Under the pieces are notes generated by a model. It ran no database searches, was not told the DNA's origin, and saw only the letters and a list, made by a program, of their open reading frames with translations. Made by a program: the position numbers and the translations under genes. A stretch of 64,000 bases of DNA from Balanoglossus misakiensis. Its lineage: Eukaryota > Animalia > Hemichordata. Within the stretch, counting starts at the first letter, position 1. Each line of letters starts with the position of its first letter. Shown here in pieces: positions 38,096-51,200 of the stretch. Location: contig CM082576.2 of assembly GCA_040954595.2 (NCBI GenBank), positions 13,891,129 to 13,955,128 of the forward strand, written 5' to 3'.

Positions 38096-40479
38096 ATTGT
38101 GGGATATATCCATTGGATGATAGAACCAATCACTGACTTTGTCATTCTTTTTTTCGCATGTAAGAGGGGAGTGTGTTGGTTATTTGCTTCGCCATCCATT
38201 TGTAAGAGGGATCGTGTGTGCAGTGGAACGAAGGAGTTACATTATATGACTGGATGGCCAGTGGTGGCGCACTTCAGCCCTGTAACTCTCTGGGGTTTTT
38301 TTGCAACTGTGTGGTGGCGCTTGTCAATCCCACAATCTGTAGCCCAGGGATGTGAAAGTTTGTTAACCCGGGATTCATACGTGCATTATGAGGCCGCCTG
38401 TCCGGAAATGTCACGATAGCATGCTTGCAGTATTCTCACCTTGCAAACATGGCAATTGGAGACCAAACAGGTGCAGATGGGAAAATGGACGGGAAGGGGG
38501 GTATTTCAAAATCTTGGGGATATGTTTTTACAAACCAAAAGACCAAGTTCAGAACGCTTAATATCCAGAATCGAAATCTCTGTAAGATGGTTCTCCTGCA
38601 CTAATAATTTCTCCTGGCTAGTCATAAACTACTTTGGCATTGCCACTGACTGAACTTCTAGTCCCATTTTCCACTATGTTTACACACACAATTGTCCCCA
38701 ATTCAGCATAGCGCAGCCAGCGCTGTAATTGGGACAGGGAATGTAAGCTGCACTGACAGACTACGTTGCACTGAGGCCTAATCACAGCGCACACTGATGT
38801 AATGGGGGTACTGTGTCCTAAATTACCACAGCCGCCCGCCGGCTATTCAATAAATATGAAAGTATAAGAGTGGTTTGTCAGCTGCAACACACTCACCAGT
38901 CGCACGTTTTCGTTAAATGTTTTGTCAGAATAAAATTTCCTATGATATGTAAACATTCTTTTATTCCAACAGCAGTGCGGATTTTAAAAGCTAGATAGGA
39001 ATTGATTTTTTTTTTCATGTGTATGCTTGTCATTGTATATGTGTGAGTTCTTTATTGAATTTTTTATTTTTTTATTATGTGTATACGTGTTTTCATGAGT
39101 CACCATTACATTAATTGGCCAGTTTTGGAGATATTTAAAGATTTAGAATTGAAAAAATGGGGTGACGTGACAATCATGTAAATACTAGTTATAAGTAGAT
39201 AAGAGTCGGTATTTCAAGGTACAGTGTACAATACTTTTTACAGGCTGTAAATTTGCTCCCAAATATATGCATTACGCTTTTCCTACCATATTCTTACTCT
39301 AATCACGAACAATAGTCTACTCAATGTTGAGCGTACTACCCATTGACTAATTATGTTAGCTGTAGAGTTCCAGAGATAAGCAAACCACACAAATAATTCA
39401 AGTAACTTGACACAGTCCAGGGCCGTACTACCCAGTATTAATACCCATACAACTAAAATTCACTACCTTTAATCAGCAGATTTCAAAAACATACCGTAGG
39501 AAGGGGACACCCTCCTTATTAGTAGGCAATCAAGTTGCTATAGTTATATGTTTCTACACATTCTTTTTTTCCATATGCAACCACATCAACCACACACACC
39601 TCAAATGGTTGTTGGCAACTCGGAAGAAAAACTGTGAAGGTGGGATAATGTCCAAGAATACCCCAAAATGTCTTCACGACATAAACTGATATTCGACAGG
39701 GATGCTTGGTAAACTAAAATCTGCCGCACTCTATAGACACACATTAATATCAATGGTACGTCCACCCTTCAGGTGGGGGGGGGGGGGGGGGGTTAACACA
39801 TGTAGCCTACACGTGGGATGCATGTGCTCTCTAACCATAATATTGATGATACCTGAGGCGAAGGCACTGGGGTATCATCAAAATTTAACTTGGAATTATG
39901 CCAAAGAATGTTTCGTGAGCCAATGATTAGGGATGAGTTCAGAGTGCACGCTCAAAATGCTAGTGTGCATGTTGGAAATTCCATCTCAAGACTGCCCAGC
40001 GGCAATATCACTGCATAAGACGAAGTTATAGTTTCCTCAGTTACTAGTATGTAATGCACATTAATTTTTAAATGGCATTAGCAATATAGTAGGTACGGTG
40101 AGTATGAATATATCATAAAAGTACATATCCTCCTGGAAACTGTATCATGACAAAACTAAAAGGGGAACGAAATTTAACTACAACAGCAAGACCTGGTTGG
40201 TGTATATACTAAAGCTGATAAAAAAAACCTGGCGAATACGGCTAAACATGCAGCGAATACTAGAGTAGCGGGAGATCTCACTCGTGAACAGCGCCACCCG
40301 AGTCCTAAAAACCTACTAAACTCTGGTTGAACTGTTGTTTACCTATTGTTGACATTACACATGTTCCCTATGTGATCACGCTGTTCATGCATGATGGCAT
40401 TACTCTGAACAAATCCGGACTTATGACTTCTCTTAAAGTGGGAAGATTTGATGTTGCGATGCAAATGCAAAATTAATAA

Positions 40480-41460
40480 GAGGGAATAATCAGGAACGCT
40501 CGCTCGAAACACGTTTTAACAGTCACGCCGCGCTAAGGTCAAAGTACCAGCACACACAGAGAAGGTTAGGGTCACCGTGATCTTGCTTTTGAGAATCTCG
40601 GGTGTGGAGCGTAAAGTAATCCCTCGTTAAAATCACCTTATTACTTTGTTTCATACCGCCAAATCGCACTGACGTGTGTAATTATGTCTCAGATGTGAAT
40701 ATCTTTCCCTTTGGCGTTCGTCGGGGTTCGAAAGAGTCTCCTGAAACTGTATAAATGTGAACATGCTGGCGGAGGAGCAAAATCAGTGACCCCCGGTGCT
40801 GCGGCTCCAGTGTCAGACAGAGTGAGTGGGATGGTTTATCGATTGGAGAACCACAACAGTCCGGCTCGTTTACATGTTGCAGCGAATATATGTTGGAGAT
40901 CTATCGCATGTAGGTGAAGACACACTTCTCAACAGTCACCGCCAGAATCGCAGGTTCGTATTTCACATTTCCACACGCATGCCGCTCTGTAGAAATGTTA
41001 AAAAAAAGATTGAAGTTCGCCATCGTTTGTGTAGTACGTTTAATTACGTACGCGAGCGTGTGTATTTGTCGGTTGGGTTGGGAGCTCCATCAATTACACG
41101 TACCTTCCACGTTCAAGTTCGATCGACGGAACCGATTTATATCCGACGATCTCACGAATAGTCTTGAAATAGCTCAGGGGATTTTAATTTTCGTGTGTTA
41201 AATGGCGTTAATTGTCAATTTGGACGAGTGACTGTGATCTTGGAAGTGAAAACAGACGGGAGAGAGAGAGACCCAACAACACGTGTGCATCATTGAGGTA
41301 ACATTTTGCCGTCAGGTCACGGTCGTTCACCGTTCACGCATATCGGTTTGTTTGTTTTCCCGATAAACCGTGAACAGAAAAGTAAATAGGCGCGGGAAGT
41401 TCATATTTAATGTCCAGGAATTTAGCCATTGTAGAAAGGGGAGAAGTCCGCTTGTTCGTC
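40480..41460 (+). promoter_or_regulatory. CpG-enriched putative promoter / non-coding first exon of the estrogen receptor gene
   Basis: Local CpG excess in an otherwise CpG-poor window; TATAAAT at 40750; possible donor gag/gtaaca at 41297; next clear acceptor at 44569. Confidence 0.55.
40569..40583. promoter_or_regulatory. near-consensus estrogen response element gGGTCAccgTGATCt
   Basis: One mismatch to GGTCAnnnTGACC; AGGTCA half-site nearby at 40536. Confidence 0.55.
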
Positions 41461-44079
41461 GTGGGTTTTGATAACTTCTTAGATGTAGTTGTTGACTGCG
41501 TGTACCATTGCATGAACCTCAAGTTCAATAGGCAACACAGTACATTGGCCCCATTCGAGGTCATGGCGCTGAATAAACAAATAACAATTCAGCCTGTGAA
41601 GAAAATGAGATTGAAAGCAAACGAAAAAAAAATTCCCTGTTTTATATTTTAAATTGTCAAATGCATATTTAGAAAGAGTCTTCTGTATATACCATGAATC
41701 AAAAGTAAATATAGGAATTATTTTTGATATCAGAGTGTTTAAATAAGATTAAGGAATGAAATGTTGGATTTTAATGTAATCTCTGATTTAATTTTTAAAT
41801 TCAACACTTGTGACATTTCATTTCGATGAATGGCCCAGTGGCCCAGATATTAGTATGAACGAGAGCTTCCCTGAGTGAAACTGGAATTTAAATAGTTTGC
41901 ATTTTGTGATTTATGAAGGGAATTTTTAAATGTTTTATTGTATAGATCCTAGAAGGATTAAAAGTAATTTATAAATTCCATAAGGCAAAGACATCACATG
42001 CCTTAAAATATATAGTCCAGTAAAATATTGGGGATGAATTTTGTGGTATACAGTGAAGTGGATAGTGTCTCTGAATGAACCTGATCTGACTATAGGCATT
42101 GTCAGTTTTATTTGTAACTGGAATACGTGACTTGAAACTTACGCAGATGGAAATACTCAGATTCTGTCTGTATTTGGCTGTACATTATCGCTTCCAGTCT
42201 AGCTGGGGAAGGCTAGAAATGGCAACATCGGTCGGTCAGTCGGTCTTGTTTGGTTGAGTTTTAACCTGTCACTTGCTAGTCATATATCAGTTCACTTCAT
42301 TGGAATCACATGGAACTCAAAATCCATGCTTGGCAACTACATGTACGCGGAACATATTTTTATACCCGTTAATTTATCCTGCCTCCATCGCATCAGGATT
42401 ACTCATAGAAAAAGATCTTACACAACCAATTATGCAATGCCTAGTGAATTATTCATGTACTCAGTATACGCAAGTGGCTGCAGTGGCTATATGCTTTGTT
42501 GGACTTGTAGGCATGTAGTGAGAGCTGGTTGTCTAGAAAGGCATGCAGGCCTACTTACCTTTCTGCGTATTAATGGGCAGAAGTAGAGTTGAATGTATAT
42601 CTTGAGAGCATGAATGAATGAATCACTTTTTTTACATTGTGAAAATTTCCAAAATGCACAAAATTACATTGAAATAACATTGTTCCTATCATGAAAATAT
42701 AATATTCATATAAAATATTTACCTTATAAAATTATATTATAAAGAATTTTATAAAATTTTCAAATAAGGCATCTTAAAGTTGCTCCGTTATCCTCTGTGG
42801 ACAGGTAGGCTTTAAAAAAGTACAATTAATATTTGTGCTATTATAATTAAGAAAAGGTCTGTTTTCCCCTAGGTACCTAGCTGAATAAATATTTTTCTGA
42901 AAGTACCTGATTTTGTTGAGGTCCTGATCGGCACCAAGTTGAATTAACTTGGGGCTGGAATATGAAATGAAATTGTCTGTGATAATAATCATAAACACAG
43001 GCTAGGTGGACATAGTATCTTACAAGAAATTGAACAAGAAGCTATACATATTAATATACAACAAAAATAGTCAAAAGTTACATCTAATAATATGTGTCCA
43101 TTTAATCATCTGTCTGTGTTATGTACATTGCTATCACTTTGTTTGAAATGCCAACAACCAAAGGGTTGCCTGAGATTTACAGTCAGGGCCTGAAACGTTC
43201 ACATCCACCTATGGACCAATACGCAAAATTTTCCATAAGGTCACTGAGGCCATCTGTTTATCCTTTATGGGACTTCTACAATATGGACACAATGTTAACA
43301 ATGTCAACACAGCTATACATATTCACATCGATATCGCAAACAGTTTTTGGAGTGCTACATGAACTTTATGGAGTTTCTAGTGCAAAAATCAGCATTTTCT
43401 AATGCGTGTGAGAATATCAGATAATTATTGTATGGCCTACGTGTCTTTATGCAACATCTCAACCCAGATCCTCTCTCATAGAAGAGGTAATCGGGCAATG
43501 TGCCACTCAACTGGGTCCTGTCGCCCATAGTTTCAATTATTTGTCCCATTTTTAGGGGCTTGTCAAATTAAATCAATAACACTCGTTTAGAGGCAGCTTC
43601 CATTCCATGACATGCGTTGCCCAAAATCTTATGTGAACCAAGAGTGAAAATTTTACTTGACTATTTATAAGGGTAATGATTGATCCCGGACATTGGATGC
43701 CAAAACATGCATGTCTGTCTGTGAACCCCTGAAAGTACCCTCTTGTACAGCTATGCCAATGTCCAGAATGCAGCGTGTAAATCTCCTAATAGTAATACTT
43801 CATCTTGGAAGTTGATAGAAGTTGAGAGCATAGATTAACCTCATATTTTCTTAAAAGAAAGATAATTAATGGTAAATTCATATGTTTTTACAACTGGTGA
43901 GTGGAATATGGTTTCATAGTCATACATTTTCTAACAAGAATGAAACTGTTTGAAAAAGATACTGCACCACTAGAAATAGAATATACAGAAAAGGAATAAT
44001 CAACTTATCTTATTGATATGGAATTCAAGATATAGAAAATCTTGTCTTTATGTTGACATATACATGTACATGTATGTAT

Positions 44080-44217
44080 GTGAAACCTGTCTATTAAGGA
44101 CACCTCTCTATAGAGGTGATAATATTATATTCAAACTGTGACTTTTGTCTTGAAAAATTTGTCCTTTAGAGCGGTGTCCTGATTAGAGAGGTGTCCGTAA
44201 TGACAGGTTTCACTGTA
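44080..44217. mobile_element. family B-related MITE
   Basis: gtgaaacctgtc ... gacaggtttcactgta; right half shared with 22697-22776. Confidence 0.7.
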
Positions 44218-44736
44218 TATATGCAATATTTGCGCTAGTCTTTTTATCTTGACGCATCAAACAGATGGGTTAAGACAGGTAGATGCATACACAGATATAT
44301 TGGCAGTTTCCAAGCATTTATCTGATATGTTATCTGATCTAGATGACCTGCAAACACAGTTTCTGGTGTGTTTGCTTCATTCCACACGTATCTCCCAAAT
44401 GATTGGTGTACCCCAACAGAAAGTTGAAATAAATACTCTGGAGTGATCATGCTATGACTGATTTCTCTAATCTGAATGATGTATGTTATTATTAATATTA
44501 ATATTTTTTATTGTATATTAAATCTTAATTTATTTCAATAATATAAACCACTTTTTTTCTTTGTTTCAGATATGCGGATTCTATAAACGACAGGACTAGA
44601 AAGTGATGAGTGTTGTTCCATATCATGAACGATTACATATTTTAAAAAACAAAAGCCTGGATTTGTCGATGAGCCAGTAGCTTTTCAAGTACTCTTTTAC
44701 GTTTTTCACGCTTTGGGTTGCTTCCTTGATTTCACC

Positions 44737-45251
44737 ATGAACAATTCCAGTTCGAGAAACGGGGTTGGCAGCGATCCGCAAAGCCAGGTGCATCACCACC
44801 CAGCGCCGGCCGTTCACCTGAAACAGAACGCTAAAAGATGCGAGACGAAACCGACAAGTCTGAAACAGAGACTCCTGAATAAAGTGAGCAGCGACGAAGA
44901 CCTGCAGAAGATGACCGAGTGGACGCCTCAGCCGTCGTCCAGTCAAGCGGTCATGTCCACCATATCACAGATGCCTCTATCAACATCACAGCAGCCTTAC
45001 TACACTGTAGCACAACTGCCGAAGACCGGCGGCCGGGGAGAAACGAACGGCGCGCAGGCGACGGCGAACGAGGAGAGGACCGCCGGGAGACAGGCGTTCA
45101 TCCCCGAGCAGGCCGAGAGGAGCCCGCCAGTGGAGAGCCTGGGGAGAATCGACAGAAGCGGTTTTCTTCACGTGGCTCCCTTGGTTACGGCTCACCAACC
45201 CCAGCAGCCTGCCGTCAGCCCTGTCAGAAAGGACGTTGCTATGGATAAAAG
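44737..45251 (+). CDS. ESR1: ER coding exon 1 (A/B domain); the exon starts at 44570 with 5'UTR
   Basis: caccATG, in-frame TGA upstream at 44626, donor AG/gtgagg phase 2 fits the exon at 55946. Confidence 0.8.
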
Positions 45252-48200
45252 GTGAGGGCTGGTCTATTTTTGGTTACAAGTGTAGTCATTTCCATTCAGT
45301 TGGTTGAAAAGGGGCAAATATTGATGAGCTGCAAATCTGCGCAGGACCTGTTGTCAAGGACCACCCAGTTTTTCTGACGTAGTCTTTGCATCGTACCCAC
45401 TAATCGATACTGTCACTTACAGCATTGCAATAATATTCAGTTGAGACAGAATGGGCAAGTATATCCAACACTTCACATTTTAGTTTCTTTCTGAAGTTTT
45501 TTCTTCATATCATGGCTGCACATGTGAGCTGTTGTTTGCTCCCCAGGGAGTTGAATGGAATAATTTGGTCCAATGACTAGGGGAAAAACTGTAAAGCGCA
45601 TTGAGATGTATTATGTTATGCGCTGTATTAAGAATCAAAATTATTATTACCAAGAAAACAGAGAATACAGGTCATGTGCACACCATTTGTGTCTGCAGTG
45701 GTTTTATATATATGTCCGCTATATTCTTCACACACGTACTGCAATTTGGATGTAAGCAACCATGTTTTAGTGGTGCGGCCATTTATTACTATTAAAATGT
45801 GTAAATAAATAAAAATATTAATAATTAATATTTTTATTTATTTACACATTTTTGGAGAGTAGGCATGTATTATTCAGAATAAATATGGCGGTGGCAAATG
45901 TCAAAGGTTCCTGCGTGATTCATTTAACAATTCAAATTATCACACGGAGAACACGTGGTAACTGTTCTCATACATCTAGAGCTTCTTGAAAGTGTTATTG
46001 CGCTTTTGTGTTCTAACATTTACAAGTGCAGATACAATGGATAGGTTTATATATCAAAACCAAAAAGATATCATTCCGAGCTGAAGTTGCCTATGTGTGA
46101 GCAGTCACGTGCCACAAGCACATAAAGAGTAGTATAGGTGCCATCTTGGAAAAGGAGGCTGGGTCATAGCACATTTGTATATGCATATGTCGGCCAAAGG
46201 GGTCGTGTGTTCTACTTTGGCAGATTCTAATACTTAGCATAATTTATCGTAGTTTGAGGCAGATTTCTTTATATCTGCAAGCGGAACATTTTCTCGGCTG
46301 CCATCAGTTCGTTTTGTCTCCCGATCTGATTTCTCTGTGCATCAGGGCATCCCCTGGTTCTGTTTGAACTTCAGAAGTACTTCAGTGTGCATTGGTTTGG
46401 TGTGAGCAAAGTTCAGCGTAAGCAGTCACATCATACAGTCTCAATATGAGGTCATATCAATGAAGTAGGTCGCTCAGTTGATTGGTTGGCTGGTTTATAG
46501 GGAACGCTACCGCATGTCCATTGTGCAATAAAGTGGGCTGGGCTTTTATGTTCCTTCCTTAATAAAACAAGGGCTTTATTTTAAAATGCTGTGCTTCCAT
46601 CGGTAGGATTATTCATAATTTTGAGTAATTTAGTGGTTCTGTTGTCACGGCAGTACGAGATTCGAATGCCTCGGTCTGCTGCTACAGATCGTATATACAT
46701 GCTTTTAATATGGGAACTACTTTCGGCGTATGTACGTACGTGGTTCGGATGGCAACGCAATGAGCTGATTACCCTCACAGTGACAGGATCACATGATACA
46801 ATATTTGCATAACGTATGCAGAATATCTAATGAGTAGTCATCGTCGTCTGGTTGAGAAAGGTGACCTTAGCTTACTTGATGTACTGTCAGCACAGAGGCA
46901 GACTAGGAGATTTATCCCGAGGTTGGAGTAACTGATCAAAGGTAATTTTAAATAGCCAGCCGTCCACTCGCTCACTCAGTGGTGGCAGTCTTCTTTCCGA
47001 TTTTTCCCAACGTACGATCAACCGTGAAATTAGTTTTGTCTCAATCCTGCTGTAACCTGTAGGGGTGGTACATGTGGTATGTGCATGTACAGAAATTAAT
47101 GTGTGCAATAGTATAGACATTCACGTACCGAAGAATGCTCACTAGTAGTAATACCCGTATTGGATTAATATTATCATTTAGCGATGCAGCAGTCTACTTT
47201 TACAGCTTGCTCGTATGCAGACAGCTCCCGTCTGTGAAACTATTCGAACAAAGCAGTCAGGTCAGGCTGACCTTGAAAATGTGTATCATGAAATTTGCCG
47301 GGCTAGCTGTTCGTTCATACATGTACAGATGCAACCTCAAGTGTAAACGCCTAGCAGATATTTGACATGTCTATTCCTGTTTTTTACCCGTGTGATTTTT
47401 TTGTACGTGTGTCGATGCACGTGTATTTCTCCCGAACAATTGCAAGAGTTGTACGCTAGAGTACCCTGACCTTCAGAACTGCCTGCGTATGTGTTTGCAG
47501 TGGGTTTTTACGTGCTGACTGCATCCAGGGTCCACAGGCACTGTTGATATATATTTCGTAGTGGCATCCCGAGCATGCACAGCCCACCAGTTGGATGTGT
47601 AAATGAAACTTCTTTTCGAGTTCTGTTCTAGATAGAGACTTATGTAGGGTACGGGTATGTTACATATGTGAAGATTGCATAATGTTAAATTAGGTTTTGA
47701 GGTTATAGACTGATGTATCTGTATCTGCATTTACCATGGACTATATGATTCTGAGGCATATGTGAGATTCCACCATAGTATTTGTTTTATGATTTCTTGC
47801 ATTTTATTAAATTTTTTATTTTTGACGCAAAATACTTTTTCCTCTCATTGCCAGTGTTTGTTCTTTGTTAACAACCTTTTTGGTGTCTATGTCATTCAAA
47901 TGGTATACATGTACTGTAAAACACTTTATTTTCGCGAGTTTCAAATTTTCGTGATATCGAGAGAGGCCACTGTTTCGCAATTTTCGCATTCTCTTATTTC
48001 ATTCGTTATCTTAAAAAAAAAATTACGCGACTTTTTATTTTCACGCTATTTTGGCTCTCGCGTATTTGGCGAAAATTTATTGCTCGCGAAAATAAAGTGT
48101 TTAAATTTACAGTATGTATAGGAAGGCAGGCTCAGTCTTGCACTAGTATTACTGACAACATATGCTGACAATTTAGATATGGAGTTGACGAAGAAATCAC

Positions 48201-51200
48201 CATTACAAGGCATTTTGTTTTGTAAAATGTATAATCTCCCATTTCGTTTTCTTTGAATCCACACTCTTTGTTGTTAAAAAGAGGGGGAAATTTGCATCTA
48301 AGAAATGGAATATCCCTGTTTGGACACTAGCCCAGTTTAAATTGGAACCAAAACGAGTTACAGTCAGACAGATAGAATTACATATAATGTACAGAACTTA
48401 GTATTTGGTGTCGTCTGTACTTTTTCTGCCTCTGTGAACCCCAAATACAAACTAAGCCTCAAGCATTCAAATTTGAAATTGGAGTAGTCTCGGAGTATAC
48501 ATGTATGTCTCTGGGTGTCCCCACAGATCTGTCCCCGAATTCATGGGGGCATAGGATTATAGTCAGGATGTGTTAACTTGACACAATTGGTAAAAAATGA
48601 AATGACAGTTTAGGTCCACAGTTTTAAAAATACTTTTCGTTGAAATATGTCCAATACAAAAAGGTTAAAAAAATTACACTATGTGGCATTGTAGTATAAA
48701 ATTGGTTATTCTTGCGCGTGAATTTTTCCTGTGTGTGAATATTTGCAGGTACTTGTCTGGATACCTGCCATAAACAGTGGGAACAAAAAACACTTAACAT
48801 TGCTTGACTGGGTTGTTTGATTTATTTGTGCCCTCTCCACCAGAGCCATACTGGAACAAACAGTCACTTGAGTTATGTCTGACCTTGACCTCACAGTGAA
48901 GGTCATGGTAACCTAGCCATGCTGGGTTATGACGTAGGTGTTTTTCTCATAAAGTTGAACTCAAAGGACTTAATTGTGTGTTTAGAGTTCAGCTATGAAG
49001 AACAGTGCATTCTTTCTGGAATTGTTACCATGACAACCATCATTTTGGCAATGTCAACAGCATTAATGACATTTTGGGGGGAATAACTAGATGAGATATT
49101 AGATAGATCCTTCAGTATTATCGTGGTTTATTCCAATTCTGTGCAACAAACACAAATCAATAAATGTAACCCCAGCTGAATGTTCAGGTAATGAATTGCT
49201 CTCTGAACAAACAGCATATGTGAACTTTTCAAGACATTCGAAATGGTTGCCAGAGTCTAGTTTCAGATGTTTTAAAATTCTAGACCAGTCATGTAATATA
49301 TTTATTGTTTCGCTGAATACTGCAGGAAATTTACTTGCAATAATATATGGCAATGTACTATGAATTATACAATGTAGGGTTATCCACAAAATATTGTCAT
49401 GCGTAAACAGGGTGACACATATGACCTCTTGGGCTTACCTGTACACAGTGTACTTTTCTCTATGTCATGCACGTAGCCCAAGTCCATTCATGGCTCTAAT
49501 TAGTGCAAAGCCCAATTGTTATTATAATACCTTCCCTCAAAGGTTGTTATTGAACAGCAGTTGGGGTCACTTTGCAGTGTTTTTCAAATTCTAACTTTGC
49601 GGGACGTGTGATACTACGTGTATATGTGCATGCGTGTGCATATGCGTGCATGTGTATGTGAGCTTGTAACTAAAAACTCAAAGGTTGTACATATTTAGGG
49701 TTACAAAAGTGAAAGTACATGTATGTAATTTGTGTAAATGTGGTTTGATCACAGCATTCTCCTCCGAAGGAATGCCAGGTATGTACAGTGTTGGACTTGG
49801 ATGATTTGCATCAAAATACAATTCATTGTGATGATCAGTTTTTGTTGTTGCCACCCCCCCCCCCCCTGCCCCCAATCAATGGGGTCTGGCTGATACTCGT
49901 ATTTCAACTACATGTACTACAGTCAAACCTGTGTTAGTGACCACCTCTATATAGTGACCACCTCTATATAGTGACCACTTAGTTACAGTCCCTGTGCAAT
50001 TTACACGTGTATAAATTAACCTGTCTATAAAGACCACCTGTCTATAAAGGCCAGTTTGGTAAAGTCCCTTGACTGGCCCTATAGACAGGTTTGACTGTAG
50101 TAAGTTTGTATAGTTAGAACAAGTTGGAGTCATCCTACTGTACTATACAGTCGAGTTGTACATATACAATGGGATGTGGACCATATCCAGTAGCAGGGTT
50201 GTTAGTGCTTTATTAGGGCTACTAGACCGTGTGTCCCCCTTCTTACATTTTTTTTTGGGGGGGGGGGGGCGGAATTATTAAGGGCATTGGAAATGACTTA
50301 AAAGTCGAGAGGCTATCATTCCACTGTAATCGGATCCCATTTCATCATTTGACAGGCAGGGTGTGGCTATGTCGAATTGTGCAAATCGCACAAACCTGCA
50401 GGCTAGACAAAAATGCTGGATGTATAATTAGTATCATATAAGATTTTGTAACTCACACAGATGTGATATCACCATGAGATATTAAGCAATTGCTAATTTG
50501 CATGTTTGTCTTGCAAAAGATGGTTATTTATTAATTAATATGACTGCACCAAATTTTATGAAACTTGGTAGAAAATAATGATTCTGGTAGAAATACTGAG
50601 AGACATTAACAGTCTGTTGCCAATTAGTATACAGTGTATGTCTAACCTTTGTAATTACAGTAGCAACACTTTTGTAGAATTACTCAATCAAATTAGGGAT
50701 AATGATCTCGCACAACTATGATAATGCCAGAAGACAATTAGTGGCTTCTTGTTAATTAACTTCAAATTTGCATATTGTAGAGAATTGTGCAACAAACAGA
50801 CTTGCCCGGAAATATAGTTTAATTTGTGTAGCAAACTTTTCAAACTGTGCGTATAATTATACCACAATTATTACTGCGTATTGGTATGATGTTACAATAC
50901 TACAGATATTGATTTTATGACACTGAAAGACAATCTTAAATTTCACATGCCATCCATTGTTTTCTGTGGTAAAATTTGATATCTAGAGCCTGAGGAAAAT
51001 AAGGGTGAAAAGGTTACCACAGTAAAAGTCAACATCCTCTGACAGACAACTGAACAGTTCTGTTTTCCAAGTCTTTTTTCCCCCCGGCCAGATGGGATTC
51101 TCAGTGACATAAAACAACTGATTTTGTGAATTTTCTATCATATGAGAATGTAGAGCTTAGATTTTGGAAGTAAAGAATATTTCATATTTAATATTGGAGA

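Noticed and set aside
37302-43549. Short ORFs between the two genes as a third gene
   Set aside because: UTR/intergenic composition, no exon chain, no recognisable domains.
49930-50050. Short direct repeats as a CRISPR-like array
   Set aside because: These are internal repeats of a MITE, with no unique spacers, in a eukaryotic context.
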